Below are positions 1-9,783 of a DNA stretch of 64,000 nucleotides, in pieces. The stretch is from Spirochaetia bacterium. GTDB taxonomy: Bacteria > Spirochaetota > Spirochaetia > SZUA-6 > Bin103. Position numbers and translations under genes: made by a program. How positions within the stretch are numbered: position 1 is the first letter of the stretch; every line of letters begins with the position of its first letter. Where the stretch lies: contig OZ241907.1 of the NCBI GenBank assembly GCA_965203515.1, positions 1,248,001 to 1,312,000 on the forward strand. The letters run 5' to 3'. Under the pieces are notes generated by a model. The model made no database searches. It had not been told where the DNA came from and saw only the letters and a program-made list of their open reading frames with translations.

Positions 1-585
1 ACACGCTTCGGTATCGGTGCTCGCCATCATCCGGTCCTTCGCCCGCGAATAGTCCTCCCACCTGAGGTAGGACTGCAGGTCCATGTCGGTGAACTTCCAG
101 CGCTTGATCGGGCTGTCGAGCCGCCGCTGGAACCGGCGCGCCTGCTCGTCGGGTCCCACGGAGAACCAGTACTTGAGCAGGTCGATGCCGTCGCGGATCA
201 GCATGCGTTCGAACTCCGGGCACGATCGCAGAAACTCCCGATACTGCCGCTCCGTGCAGAATCCCATGACCCGTTCGACGCCGGCCCGGTTGTACCAGCT
301 CCGGTCGAACAGGACGATCTCCCCGGCCGAAGGCAGGTGCGCCACGTAGCGTTGGAAGTACCATTGCGTGCGCTCCCGCCCGGTCGGCTTCCCCAGGGCC
401 GCGACCCGGCAGACCCGCGGGTTCAACGCTTCGGTGACGCGGGTGATGGTGCTGCCCTTGCCGGCCGCGTCGCGCCCCTCGAAGATCACCGCCACCCGCC
501 GTTCCCGCTGCACGACCCACTCCTGCAGCTTGAACAACTCTACCTGCAGGCGCCGCAGCTCCTGCTCGTACTTCGTGCGCTTCAT
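1..585 (-). CDS. ppk2: Polyphosphate kinase 2 (3' end runs off window)
   Basis: Manual translation from ATG at 585: MKRTKYEQELRRLQVELVQLQEW...FEGRDAAGKG...WYFQRY...LFDRSWYNRAGVERVMGFC; ATGA overlap with the stop of the upstream ABC gene. Confidence 0.95.
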   Translation of the reverse strand, partial: MKRTKYEQELRRLQVELFKLQEWVVQRERRVAVIFEGRDAAGKGSTITRVTEALNPRVCRVAALGKPTGRERTQWYFQRYVAHLPSAGEIVLFDRSWYNRAGVERVMGFCTERQYREFLRSCPEFERMLIRDGIDLLKYWFSVGPDEQARRFQRRLDSPIKRWKFTDMDLQSYLRWEDYSRAKDRMMASTDTEAC

Positions 586-2447
586 CGCTTCGCCGGCGCG
601 CCGGGCGCGGCGCCGTCCGGGGCGGCCGCGCGGAACTGGCTCCGGTAGAGGTCGCGGTACAGCCCCGGGCGCCCGGCCAGCTCCCGGTGGGTGCCCCGCT
701 GGACGATGCGGCCCGCGTCGATCACGGCGATCAGGTCGGCCGCCTCCACGGTGCTCATGCGGTGGGCGACCACGATGCTGGTCCGGTCCCTCAGCAGTTC
801 CCGAAGCCCCTGCTGGATCAGCCGCTCGGTGCGGGTATCGATGTTGGCGGTCGCCTCGTCCAGCATCAGGATGCGCGGGTCGACGATCAGCGCCCGGGCG
901 ATGGCCAGCAGCTGCTGCTGGCCGCGGCTCAGGTTGCGCGCCCCTTCGGTGAGGACCGTGTCGTACCCGTCCGGCAACGCGCGGATGAACCGGTCGGCTC
1001 TGGCCCGTTCGGCCGCGTCGCGCACCTCCGCGTCGTTCGCCGACAGGCGTCCGTAGCGGATGTTGTCGGCAACGCTGCCCGCGAACAGGTAGGGCTCCTG
1101 CGTGACCACGCCGAGCGCCTGCCGCACCTGGCTGCGACGGAGCTCGGCGACGTCCTGACCGTCGAGCAGGATGCGGCCGGCGGTCGGATCATAGAGGCGT
1201 TGCACGAGCGCCAGGATGGTCGTCTTGCCGGCGCCGGTCGGTCCCACCAGCGCCGCCATGGTCCCGGCCTGCACGGTCAGATCGATGCCGCTGAGCACCG
1301 GGGTGTCGGACACGTACGCGAACGAGACGCCGCGCAGCTCCACCCGTCCCGGTCCGTCGGACAGCGCCGCCGGCGCCGCCGGCTCGGCGGCGACGCGGTC
1401 GTCGTCGAGCAGCTCGAAGATGCGCTCCATGCCGGCGATCCCGGACTGGATGTTGGCCCACAGGACCGATATGGAGCGCATCGGCATGAAGAAGCGGCGC
1501 ACGTACTGGATGAACGCCACCAGCACCCCGATCGTGACCAGGTCGCGGCCCGCCAGGAAGCCTCCCCAGAGCAGCACCGCGGCGATGGCGATCACCGTCA
1601 GCACGTCGAGCGTGGGCGCGAACGCGGCGGTGATCGTCTCGGCGGTCACGTTGGCGTCGCGGTTGGCGGCGTTGGCGCGCCGGAACTCGCCGGCGTTGGC
1701 CCGCTCGCGGCCGAACGCCTGTATCTCGCGGACGCCGACGATGTTGCGCTCCAGATGCGAGCTCACCTCCCCCATCGTCTGGCGGGTGCGGCGGAAGGCG
1801 ACGCGCGCCTTCCGCGAGAAGTACCAGGTGAGCCACGTCATCGCCGGCAGCACGACGAAGCTGACCAGGGCCATGCGCCAACTCAACGCCAGCATCGCCA
1901 CCAGAACGCCGATCACCTGCAGAAAGCTCTGGAACATGCGGATCGCGCCCATGCGCAGCACGCGGTCGATCACGCTGGTGTCGTTGGCCATGCGCGACAC
2001 CAGGTCGCCGGCCTGGATCGAGTCGAAGTAGCCCATCGACAGCGCGTGCACCTTGGCGAACACGTCGCGGCGGATGTCCGCCAGTATCCCCTGCCCGATC
2101 CCGACCATCCGCCAGCGCGCGACGGCGTTGGCAGCCCAGCCGACCGCGAACAACGCCAGCGCCGCCACCATCGCCGCGCCGACCGCGCGGCGCGCGGCGA
2201 GCAGCGACGACTCGCCGTTCAGAAAGGCGGCCATGCCGTCGACCGCCACCTGCAGCATGCGCGGCGCATAGGAGGTGAGCGCCACCTCCACGACGACCAG
2301 CAGGGCGATACCGGCGATCGGCGCTCGATAGCCGCCCAGATAGCGGTTGAACCGCCGCAGCGTGCCGCGCCGGTCACCGGCCTTCTGCAGCTCGGCGCCG
2401 ATCTGCATCGGGCCGGCGGCGCCGGTGAAACCTCCGCCGATGGTCAT
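582..2447 (-). CDS. ABC exporter fused permease/ATPase (heterodimer subunit B)
   Basis: C-terminal part of ORF 582..4175 from MTIGGGF; TM domain, Walker A GPTGAGKT, degenerate signature LSRGQ, Walker B LDEAT; ATG overlaps the stop of the preceding gene. Confidence 0.92.
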   Translation of the reverse strand: MTIGGGFTGAAGPMQIGAELQKAGDRRGTLRRFNRYLGGYRAPIAGIALLVVVEVALTSYAPRMLQVAVDGMAAFLNGESSLLAARRAVGAAMVAALALFAVGWAANAVARWRMVGIGQGILADIRRDVFAKVHALSMGYFDSIQAGDLVSRMANDTSVIDRVLRMGAIRMFQSFLQVIGVLVAMLALSWRMALVSFVVLPAMTWLTWYFSRKARVAFRRTRQTMGEVSSHLERNIVGVREIQAFGRERANAGEFRRANAANRDANVTAETITAAFAPTLDVLTVIAIAAVLLWGGFLAGRDLVTIGVLVAFIQYVRRFFMPMRSISVLWANIQSGIAGMERIFELLDDDRVAAEPAAPAALSDGPGRVELRGVSFAYVSDTPVLSGIDLTVQAGTMAALVGPTGAGKTTILALVQRLYDPTAGRILLDGQDVAELRRSQVRQALGVVTQEPYLFAGSVADNIRYGRLSANDAEVRDAAERARADRFIRALPDGYDTVLTEGARNLSRGQQQLLAIARALIVDPRILMLDEATANIDTRTERLIQQGLRELLRDRTSIVVAHRMSTVEAADLIAVIDAGRIVQRGTHRELAGRPGLYRDLYRSQFRAAAPDGAAPGAPAKR

Positions 2448-4249
2448 CGGCGCGGCGCCGGCGCCCGATCGTCGACGAGCTGCGACGCGCAGATCTCGAC
2501 GTACAGGGGGCTCTCCTCTTGCAGCGAGGCGTGATCGCCGATCGCGGCGACGCGGCCCTGGTCGAGCACGACGATCAGGTCCGCCTCGCGGACGCTGCTG
2601 ATGCGCTGGGCGATCACGAACGACAGGCGGTTGCGGCGCAGCTCCTCCAGCCGCTCCCGTATCGTCGATTCGGTGGCGAAGTCGACGCTGCTGGTGGAAT
2701 CGTCCAGGATCAGGATGCGGGGGTCGATCAGCAGCGCGCGGGCGATGGCGATGCGCTGCCGCTGGCCGCCGGACAGCCGGATGCCCCGCTCGCCGACCAG
2801 CGCGCCGTAGCCGCCCGGCAGCCCGGCGATGAACTCGTGCGCGGCGGCGGCGCGGGCGGCCGCTTCGATATCGGCGTCGGCGGCGTCCGGCTGCCCGTAG
2901 CTGATGTTGTGCCGGACGCTCCCGGCCAGCAGCTTGGCGTCCTGCAGGACGATGCCGATCTGCCGGCGCAGCGATTCGATCCGCACCGCCCGTACGTCGG
3001 TGCCGTCGATCCGTACGCTGCCGGCGGAGACGTCGTAGAAGCGCGGGATCAGCCCCACCAGCGTGCTCTTCCCCGATCCGGTCCCGCCCAGCAGGGCGAT
3101 CGTCTGGCCGGGGGAGGTGGAGAACGATACGTCCTGCAGCGCGAACGCCCCGGTGCGCGTGTAGCGGAAGGAGACGCGGTCGAAGGTGACGAAGCCCTCG
3201 GCCCGGCGCAGGGGCGCCGCGTTCGGGGCGTCGGCGACGTCGGCCTGCGTGTCGAGGATGTCGAGGATGCGCTCCGCGCCGGCGGACGCCTGCGCGACCG
3301 CCATCATGATCTGCCCCAGCATCGTCACCGGAAACATCGCCAGCAGCAGGTAGCTCTGCAGCGCGACCAGCTCGCCGATGGAGAGCTGGCTGCCGAGCAC
3401 TTCCAGGCCGCCGGCCCAGGTGATGACGATCGTGCCGACGTTCGGGATCGCGAACACCGTAGGTATCGACAACGCGAAGATGCGGCCCGCCCGCACGTTG
3501 AGCGCGCGCACCTCGTCGTTCTCCGCCGCGAAGCGCTCGGTCTCGTAGGGCTCGCGGGCAAAGGATCGAACCACGCGGATGCCCAGGATGTTGTGCTCCA
3601 GGCGGCCGTTGAGGATCGCCAGCCGGTCCTGCGCCAGCCGGAACAGCGGCCGCCCCACCCTGCCCATGACCACGAACAACGCCGCGACCCCGCACAGGAT
3701 CGGAGCGAACACGGCGAGCAGCCGCGGATTGGTGGCGACGATGAAGGCGATGCTGCCGGCCAACAGCACCGCGGCGCTGATGATGTGCAGCAGGCCGGCG
3801 CCGATGAACTGCTGCACCAGGTCGACGTCGCTGGTCGATCGCGTCAGGAGCTGCCCGGTCTCCGCCCGGTCGTGAAAGCTGAAGGAGAGCCGCTGGATCT
3901 TGTCGTTGAGCGCATTGCGGATGTCGAACGCCGCTCCCTGCGAGATCTGGGCGGCGCGCCGCTGCTGCAGGTAGGTGAAGACGGAACGGGCCAGCGCCAT
4001 GCCCACCACCAGCAGCGCGCCGATCCAGATCACGCTGAAGTCGCGGCCGATGATGCCGCGGTCGACGACCCGCTGCGTGACCATCGGCACGGCCAGGTTG
4101 CCGGCCGAGCTGATGAGCAGCGCCGCGGTGGCTACCGCGATCGCGCGGCGGTACGGGCGGAGAAACCGCAGGCACCGGGCGAGCGCGCGCGGCGATCCGG
4201 CCCCGGGCCGAGCGGAGTCGCGGCTCGGTCGGCGTCGCGACGGTGTCAC
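2444..4249 (-). CDS. ABC exporter fused permease/ATPase (heterodimer subunit A)
   Basis: GGTGSGKS, LSGGQRQR, degenerate Walker B ILDDST; start chosen at GTG 4249, 7 nt after an extended -10-like TGaTACCCT. Confidence 0.92.
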   Translation of the reverse strand: MTPSRRRPSRDSARPGAGSPRALARCLRFLRPYRRAIAVATAALLISSAGNLAVPMVTQRVVDRGIIGRDFSVIWIGALLVVGMALARSVFTYLQQRRAAQISQGAAFDIRNALNDKIQRLSFSFHDRAETGQLLTRSTSDVDLVQQFIGAGLLHIISAAVLLAGSIAFIVATNPRLLAVFAPILCGVAALFVVMGRVGRPLFRLAQDRLAILNGRLEHNILGIRVVRSFAREPYETERFAAENDEVRALNVRAGRIFALSIPTVFAIPNVGTIVITWAGGLEVLGSQLSIGELVALQSYLLLAMFPVTMLGQIMMAVAQASAGAERILDILDTQADVADAPNAAPLRRAEGFVTFDRVSFRYTRTGAFALQDVSFSTSPGQTIALLGGTGSGKSTLVGLIPRFYDVSAGSVRIDGTDVRAVRIESLRRQIGIVLQDAKLLAGSVRHNISYGQPDAADADIEAAARAAAAHEFIAGLPGGYGALVGERGIRLSGGQRQRIAIARALLIDPRILILDDSTSSVDFATESTIRERLEELRRNRLSFVIAQRISSVREADLIVVLDQGRVAAIGDHASLQEESPLYVEICASQLVDDRAPAPRR

Positions 4250-4379
4250 GACCGGCAGGGTATCACGTCGCCCCCGAGGGGTTGCCGTGCGTTGACACCG
4301 GTAGTGCGCTCTTGTACACAGCGCCATGCGGCCTGCAGCGTTGCGCTCCGCGGCCCGGCGATCCTCCCGGCCGCACGTC

Positions 4380-6158
4380 ATGCCTCTGCTGGCGGCGGCG
4401 CTGGCGCTGGCGTCCGCCGCGGCAGGGCGCGCCGACACGGCGGAGGCGCCGGCCGGCGTCGAGTGGACGATCGTGCGGGACGGCGCGTCGTCCCATTACC
4501 GGGAGATCGCGTGGGGCGGTTCCCGCTTCGTCGCCGTGGGGACCTCGGGCCGCATCGCGTACAGCGCCGACGGGATCGAATGGACCAGGGCCGCCGCGCC
4601 GGTCCATGACACGCTGAGCGGGGTCGCCTGGAGCGGCGCGCGCTTCGCGGCGGTCGGCAACCGCGGGGTGACCCTGTACAGCGGCGACGGGATCGACTGG
4701 ACCGCGGCGGCGAGCGCGACCACGAACAATCTGCGCGGGGTCGCCTACGGCGCCGGGCGCTTCGTCGCGGTCGGCTCCGGCGGTGCGATCGTCTACGGCG
4801 ACGGCGCGATCTGGACCGCGGCCGGCAGTCCGACGGAGCACGACCTGCGCGGGGTCGCCTACGGCTCCGGGCGCTTCGTGGCGGTCGGCGTGAACGGCAC
4901 GGTCGTGCGCAGCGGCGACGGGATCGACTGGACCGCCGCTCCCGGCCCCACGCCGGTGCGGCTCAACAGCGTGGCGTGGACCGGCGCGCGCTTCGTCGCG
5001 GTCGGCACCGAAGGCGTGATCCTGCACAGCGGCGACGGGATCGAATGGACCGCGGCGGCCACGCCGGTCTCGTCCTGGCTCTACGGCGCCGCCCGGAACG
5101 GTACGCGCATGGCGGCGGTCGGGTTCGACGGCACCGCCCTGTACCGCGATGACGGCGGCGCGTGGACGACGGCGGCGAGCGTGCCCACGACGAATGCGCT
5201 CTGGGGCGTCGCCGGCGGCGGCGGGCGCTTCGTGGCGGTGGGGATGGGCAGCACGATCCTGCACAGCGGCGACGGGCGCCGCTGGACGGCGGCGCCCGGA
5301 CCGGTGGTGAACCTGCCGGAGGTGGTCGCCTGGACCGGTTCCCGCTTCGTCGCGGCGGGGTTCGACGGCGCGATCGCCTACAGCCATGACGGACTCGCCT
5401 GGAACGCGGCGGCCGCCCCTGCCGCGGACCGGCTCTTCGACCTGACCGGGCACGGCTCCCGGCTGGTCGCCGTCGGCGGCTACTGGCGGCGCGGCAGCAC
5501 CGTCCTGTACGGCAGCGACGGGATCGACTGGACGGAAGCGACCGTCCCGGACAAGGCGGTACCCCTGCAAGGGGTCGCCGTCAGCGGCTCGCGCTTCGTC
5601 GCCGTGGGGGGCAACTGGGCCGACGGGGACGGCACGATCCTGTACAGCGACGACGGCCGCGCCTGGGTGGAGACGGCCAGCCCGGTGGCGAGCCATCTGA
5701 CCGACGTGGCGTGGAACGGCTCCCGCTTCGTCGCGGTGGGGTTCGACGGCGCGATCGTCCACAGCCGTGACGGAATCGCCTGGGCGCAGGCGGCCGCTGC
5801 TACCGAACGCATCCTCGACGGGATCGCCTGGAGCGGCACGCACTTCGCGGCGGTCGGCGAAGGCGGCGTCATCCTGCGCAGCGGCGACGGGATCGCATGG
5901 ACCGCGATCGCCGGTCCGGTATCGCATTTCCTGTACGACGTCATCTGGAACGGGTCGCGCTTCGTCGCCGTCGGAGATGCCGAGGACGGCGACGGCGCCT
6001 TCACCGGCGCTGTGATTCTGCACAGCGAGGACGGCCTAGTCTGGACGCAGGCCGCCGGCCCGCTGATCCGCACCGCCCTGCTGAGCGTCGCCTGGAACGG
6101 GTCGCGCTTCATCGCCGTCGGCCGCGACGGCACGATCGCGGCGAGCGGCGGCGGCTGA
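4380..6158 (+). CDS. Secreted repeat protein, probable double beta-propeller (14 WxGxRFVAVG...SxDGxxW repeats)
   Basis: Signal peptide MPLLAAALALASAAAG; 14 repeats of about 40 aa with Asp-box-like SxDGxxW. Confidence 0.8.
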   Translation: MPLLAAALALASAAAGRADTAEAPAGVEWTIVRDGASSHYREIAWGGSRFVAVGTSGRIAYSADGIEWTRAAAPVHDTLSGVAWSGARFAAVGNRGVTLYSGDGIDWTAAASATTNNLRGVAYGAGRFVAVGSGGAIVYGDGAIWTAAGSPTEHDLRGVAYGSGRFVAVGVNGTVVRSGDGIDWTAAPGPTPVRLNSVAWTGARFVAVGTEGVILHSGDGIEWTAAATPVSSWLYGAARNGTRMAAVGFDGTALYRDDGGAWTTAASVPTTNALWGVAGGGGRFVAVGMGSTILHSGDGRRWTAAPGPVVNLPEVVAWTGSRFVAAGFDGAIAYSHDGLAWNAAAAPAADRLFDLTGHGSRLVAVGGYWRRGSTVLYGSDGIDWTEATVPDKAVPLQGVAVSGSRFVAVGGNWADGDGTILYSDDGRAWVETASPVASHLTDVAWNGSRFVAVGFDGAIVHSRDGIAWAQAAAATERILDGIAWSGTHFAAVGEGGVILRSGDGIAWTAIAGPVSHFLYDVIWNGSRFVAVGDAEDGDGAFTGAVILHSEDGLVWTQAAGPLIRTALLSVAWNGSRFIAVGRDGTIAASGGG

Positions 6159-6174
6159 CCGCGGCCGGGGAGCT

Positions 6175-7302
6175 TCAGGGCGCTTCCCGGTCCGCGTCCG
6201 CCAGCGCCGCCCCCAGCACCTCGGCCAGGACCGCCCGCTCGTCCGGCCGGCCCACGGTGACGCGCACGGTGCGGTCGAGCGGCGGCGCCTGCGCCTTGCG
6301 TACGAACACGCCGCGGCGGATCAGCGCGCGCAGCAGCGCCTCGGCGCGGGCGGACGAACCGGCGTCGAAGTTGACGAAGTTGGCGCCGGACGGCAGCACC
6401 GTCAGACCGTGCCGGGCGGCGATCCGCGCATACTCGCCGCGGCCGGTCCGCACGGCGGCGGCGACGCCGGCGATGAAGCCGGGATCGCCGAGCGATGCCA
6501 GCGCCGCCTCCTGGGCGATGCGGTTGATCCCGTAGTGGTGGCGGACCTTCTCGAACCCCTGCCACGCCTGCGCGGCGCAGACCGCGTAGCCGACGCGCCC
6601 GCCGGCCATGCCGTGCGCCTTGGAGAACGTGCGCAGGCGCAGCACGTTGGGCGCCAGCACGCCGGCCGGCGGGATCGCCTCCGGCGGGGCGAACTCCGCG
6701 TACGCCTCGTCCAGGAGCAGGACCGTGCCGGACGGCAGCCGCTCGATCATCCGCTCCACGTCGGCCGCGTCGCGCCACGTGCCGGCCGGGTTGTCCGGGT
6801 TGGCGGCGTACAGCAGGGGGGCGCCGCCGGCGACGGCCGCGTCCAGCAGCCCCTCCAGATCGACGTGGTCCTCCCGGTAGGGCACCTCGATCAGCCGGGC
6901 GCCGTAGCCGGCGACGTGGAAGGCGAAGGTGGGATAGGAGCCGGCGGTCATCACCGCCGCCCGCTCGGCGGCGAACGCCCGCACCGCCAGCCCGAGCAGG
7001 TCGTCGATCCCGGCGGCGACGGCGATGTTGTCGGGCGCGACGCCGTGCTCGGCGGCCAGCGCCGCGCGCAGTTCGTGGTTCTCCGGATCGGCGTACCAGG
7101 ACATCCGCTCCAGCGCGGCCATGCCGGCCCGACGCGCGGCCGGCGAGATGCCAAACGCGCTCTCGTTCGCTCCCAAGCGGGCGCGGAACGGCCCGCCCCG
7201 TTCGCGTTCCAGCGCCTCCGGTCCCACGAACGGCACCAGCGGCGGCAGCCGTTCCAGGATCGGCGTGTAGGGCAGGCCCGATGGGAAGGGAACGGGCTTC
7301 AC
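6175..7302 (-). CDS. PLP-dependent class I/II aminotransferase (HisC-like)
   Basis: LGANESAFG, NPDNPAG, DEAY, RTFSKAHGMAGGRVGY motifs. Confidence 0.88.
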   Translation of the reverse strand: MKPVPFPSGLPYTPILERLPPLVPFVGPEALERERGGPFRARLGANESAFGISPAARRAGMAALERMSWYADPENHELRAALAAEHGVAPDNIAVAAGIDDLLGLAVRAFAAERAAVMTAGSYPTFAFHVAGYGARLIEVPYREDHVDLEGLLDAAVAGGAPLLYAANPDNPAGTWRDAADVERMIERLPSGTVLLLDEAYAEFAPPEAIPPAGVLAPNVLRLRTFSKAHGMAGGRVGYAVCAAQAWQGFEKVRHHYGINRIAQEAALASLGDPGFIAGVAAAVRTGRGEYARIAARHGLTVLPSGANFVNFDAGSSARAEALLRALIRRGVFVRKAQAPPLDRTVRVTVGRPDERAVLAEVLGAALADADREAP

Positions 7303-7351
7303 GGCGGCGGACCCTTCACGGCGGCCCCTTCGCCGCCGGTCAAGGCCCCGG

Positions 7352-8389
7352 TCAGGCCGCGGGCTGGGCGCGCAGACTGCGGAAGCTCACCATGCGGCCC
7401 TGCTCCTCATCGTACAGGTTCCGCCGGAAGCACCGCACCGTGTCCAGCACCGTCAACACCGGCGCCCGCTCCATCAGCGGATGCGCCCGGTGGCAGCTCG
7501 GCAGGTGGTAGTACGGTATCCGCGGGTCCAGATGGTGCACGTGGTGAAACCCGATGTTCCCCGTAAACCACTGCAGCACCGCCGGCATCCGCAGGTACGA
7601 CGCTCCCTCCATCGCCGCCTCCCCGTACTGCCACTCCCCGTCCCGTCGCCAGTACGCATCCTCGAACTGGTGCTGCATGTAGAACAGCCACACCCCGATC
7701 ACTCCCGCCAGCCCGATCATCGGCAGGTACACCAGCGCCACGTACCGCCACCCCGCCAGCAACACCATCACCGCCACCGTCACCGCCATCCCCGCGTTCG
7801 TGAGCCACAGCGAACTGCGCCCCTTCCCCTTCGTGATCTTCCTCGGCAGCCGATGGTTGAACACGAACGTCCACACCGACCCGAACGTCAGCAGCACCAC
7901 CGGGTTGCGGTACAACCGGTAGCACAGCCGCTCCCACCGCGTCCGATTCCGGTACTCCTGCACCGTGATCGTCTTCACGTCGGTATCGGTGCGCCGGTCC
8001 AGGTTGCCCGAACTGGCGTGATGGATCGCGTGGTTGTGCGCCCAGTCCCGCAGCGGCGTCAGCGTCAGTATCCCGGTCAGATGGCCGATCAGCCCGTTCA
8101 TCCGGCGGCTGCGGAACAGCGTCCCGTGGCCGGCGTCGTGCATGATGATGAAGTTGCGGATGTTGAAGCCGGCCGCCAGCACCATCAGCGGCAGGCAGAG
8201 CGGATAGCTGATCGGCAGCAGGAACGCCGCCGCGGTCATGCACGCCACGAACGGCAGCACCGAGTTGCCGACGTTCCACAACGTGCGCGTCATCGACGGC
8301 TTGCGATACGGAGCGATGGCTGCGCGCAACGATCGGAGGTCGTCCGCGCCCCACCCTGGTGCGCCGCCATGCGGCGCCGCGGAACTCAT
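7352..8389 (-). CDS. Membrane fatty acid desaturase
   Basis: Three His boxes HDAGH, HAIHH, HHVHH with TM segments. Confidence 0.92.
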   Translation of the reverse strand: MSSAAPHGGAPGWGADDLRSLRAAIAPYRKPSMTRTLWNVGNSVLPFVACMTAAAFLLPISYPLCLPLMVLAAGFNIRNFIIMHDAGHGTLFRSRRMNGLIGHLTGILTLTPLRDWAHNHAIHHASSGNLDRRTDTDVKTITVQEYRNRTRWERLCYRLYRNPVVLLTFGSVWTFVFNHRLPRKITKGKGRSSLWLTNAGMAVTVAVMVLLAGWRYVALVYLPMIGLAGVIGVWLFYMQHQFEDAYWRRDGEWQYGEAAMEGASYLRMPAVLQWFTGNIGFHHVHHLDPRIPYYHLPSCHRAHPLMERAPVLTVLDTVRCFRRNLYDEEQGRMVSFRSLRAQPAA

Positions 8390-8535
8390 GTCGCGGGCGA
8401 GTGTAACGGTTCCGCAGCGGCGCGGCTACCCCCCCTCCGTCCGTCCGGCCCCAATCGGTCACCCTGTCCCGGCGCGCCCGCCGCCGGGTATCATGCGCGC
8501 ATGGCCGGCGCGCTCGATACCCGCTCTTCGGCTCT

Positions 8536-8593
8536 CTCCTGTCCGGCCGGCTCCTGTCCGGCCGGCTCCTGTCCGGCCGGCTCCTATCCGGCC
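8536..8593 (+). repeat. 15-bp tandem repeat CTCCTGTCCGGCCGG x3 plus a partial variant copy
   Basis: Read directly; encodes SCPAG x3 then SYPA. Confidence 0.95.
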
Positions 8594-9580
8594 ATTCCGT
8601 ACGGGCGGGCATCGTTCCCCAGCGTGCGCCGCGACCGTTGCCTGTACGTGGACAAGACGCGCTTCCTCCGCCAACTCGAACGTGAACGATACGCCTTCTT
8701 CATCCGCCCGCGGCGGTTCGGCAAGACCTTCTGGCTGGCGATGCTGGAGTGCTACTACGACCGCCGGCAGCGGGACTCCTTCGACACCCTGTTCGCCGGC
8801 ACCGACATCGGCGCGAATCCCACGCCCGACCGCAGCCGCTACGTCATCCTCTACTTCGATTTCTCCGCCTTCGACAACTCCCTGCCGACCCTGGAGGAGC
8901 GCTTCCAGGGCTACTGCGCCACGCAGACGGCGGAGGCGGTAGAGAGCCACCCGGACCTCTTTTCGGAAGCGGAGGCGCGGCGCATCCTGGCGCCGGCGAG
9001 CATCGACGGCAAGCTCAACGAGCTGTTCCGGCACGTCCGGGCGCGCGGCGTCCCGCTCTACGTCCTGATCGACGAATACGACAACTTCGCCAACACCATC
9101 CTGGCCGAGCAGGGCGCCGACGCCTACCACTCCTTCACCCACGGCGGCGGCTTCTACCGCAACTTCTTCGCCACGCTCAAGGCCGGCACGGCGCGCGCCG
9201 GCAGCGTGGAGCGGCTGTTCGTCACCGGCGTCTCCCCGGTCACCATGGACGACGTCACCAGCGGCTTCAACATCGGCGCCAACCTCAGCCTGCGCCCCGA
9301 ATTCAACGAGATGCTCGGCTTCACCGAAGCCGAAGTCCGGCACGCGCTTTCGACCTACCGCGACCTCGGCGTCTTCGACCAGGACCCCGACGCCGCCCTC
9401 GACACGATGCGCGAGTGGTACGACGGCTACCGCTTCGCCAAGACCGCCCCCAACGTCGTCTACAACACCGACATGGTGCTCTACTACCTGTCGTACTCAC
9501 TGCCCAACAAGCCCGGCCCCGACAGAGGTGTCGGCCGGCAGCGCCGTGCGTTCCAACCCGGAGGGACGGGACGCAGGTCT

Positions 9581-9590
9581 TGGTATACCA
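9581..9590. promoter_or_regulatory. Palindrome TGGTATACCA, candidate GntR/FadR-family operator
   Basis: Perfect 10-bp AT-rich palindrome about 195 bp upstream of the SBP gene. Confidence 0.45.
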
Positions 9591-9674
9591 GGTTAAACGC
9601 AAACACGGCTCGATGAGGCGGTGCGCGCCGCCCGTCGAGCACGGGGCCGGACCGAGGCGACCGAGCCCGAGCCG

Positions 9675-9704
9675 TTGCCAAAGGGCGCGCCGCCGGGATA
9701 GGAT
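9675..9704 (+). promoter_or_regulatory. Putative sigma70 promoter
   Basis: TTGCCA-N18-TAGGAT upstream of the SBP gene. Confidence 0.4.
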
Positions 9705-9783
9705 AGGCGCGGCCGTAGCCGGGGACGTTCCCGGTCACCGGCCTCAATTCGATCGCACCGACATGCACAAAAGGAAGGACTCC

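Larger units (their letters stand above)
8501..9616 (+). pseudogene. C-terminally truncated AAA-ATPase-like protein (nuclease domain lost)
   Basis: IPYG...YVDKT...RPRRFGKT...IDEYD; collinear with paralog 37106..38857 up to DMVLYYL, then unrelated sequence from about 9520. Confidence 0.8.
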
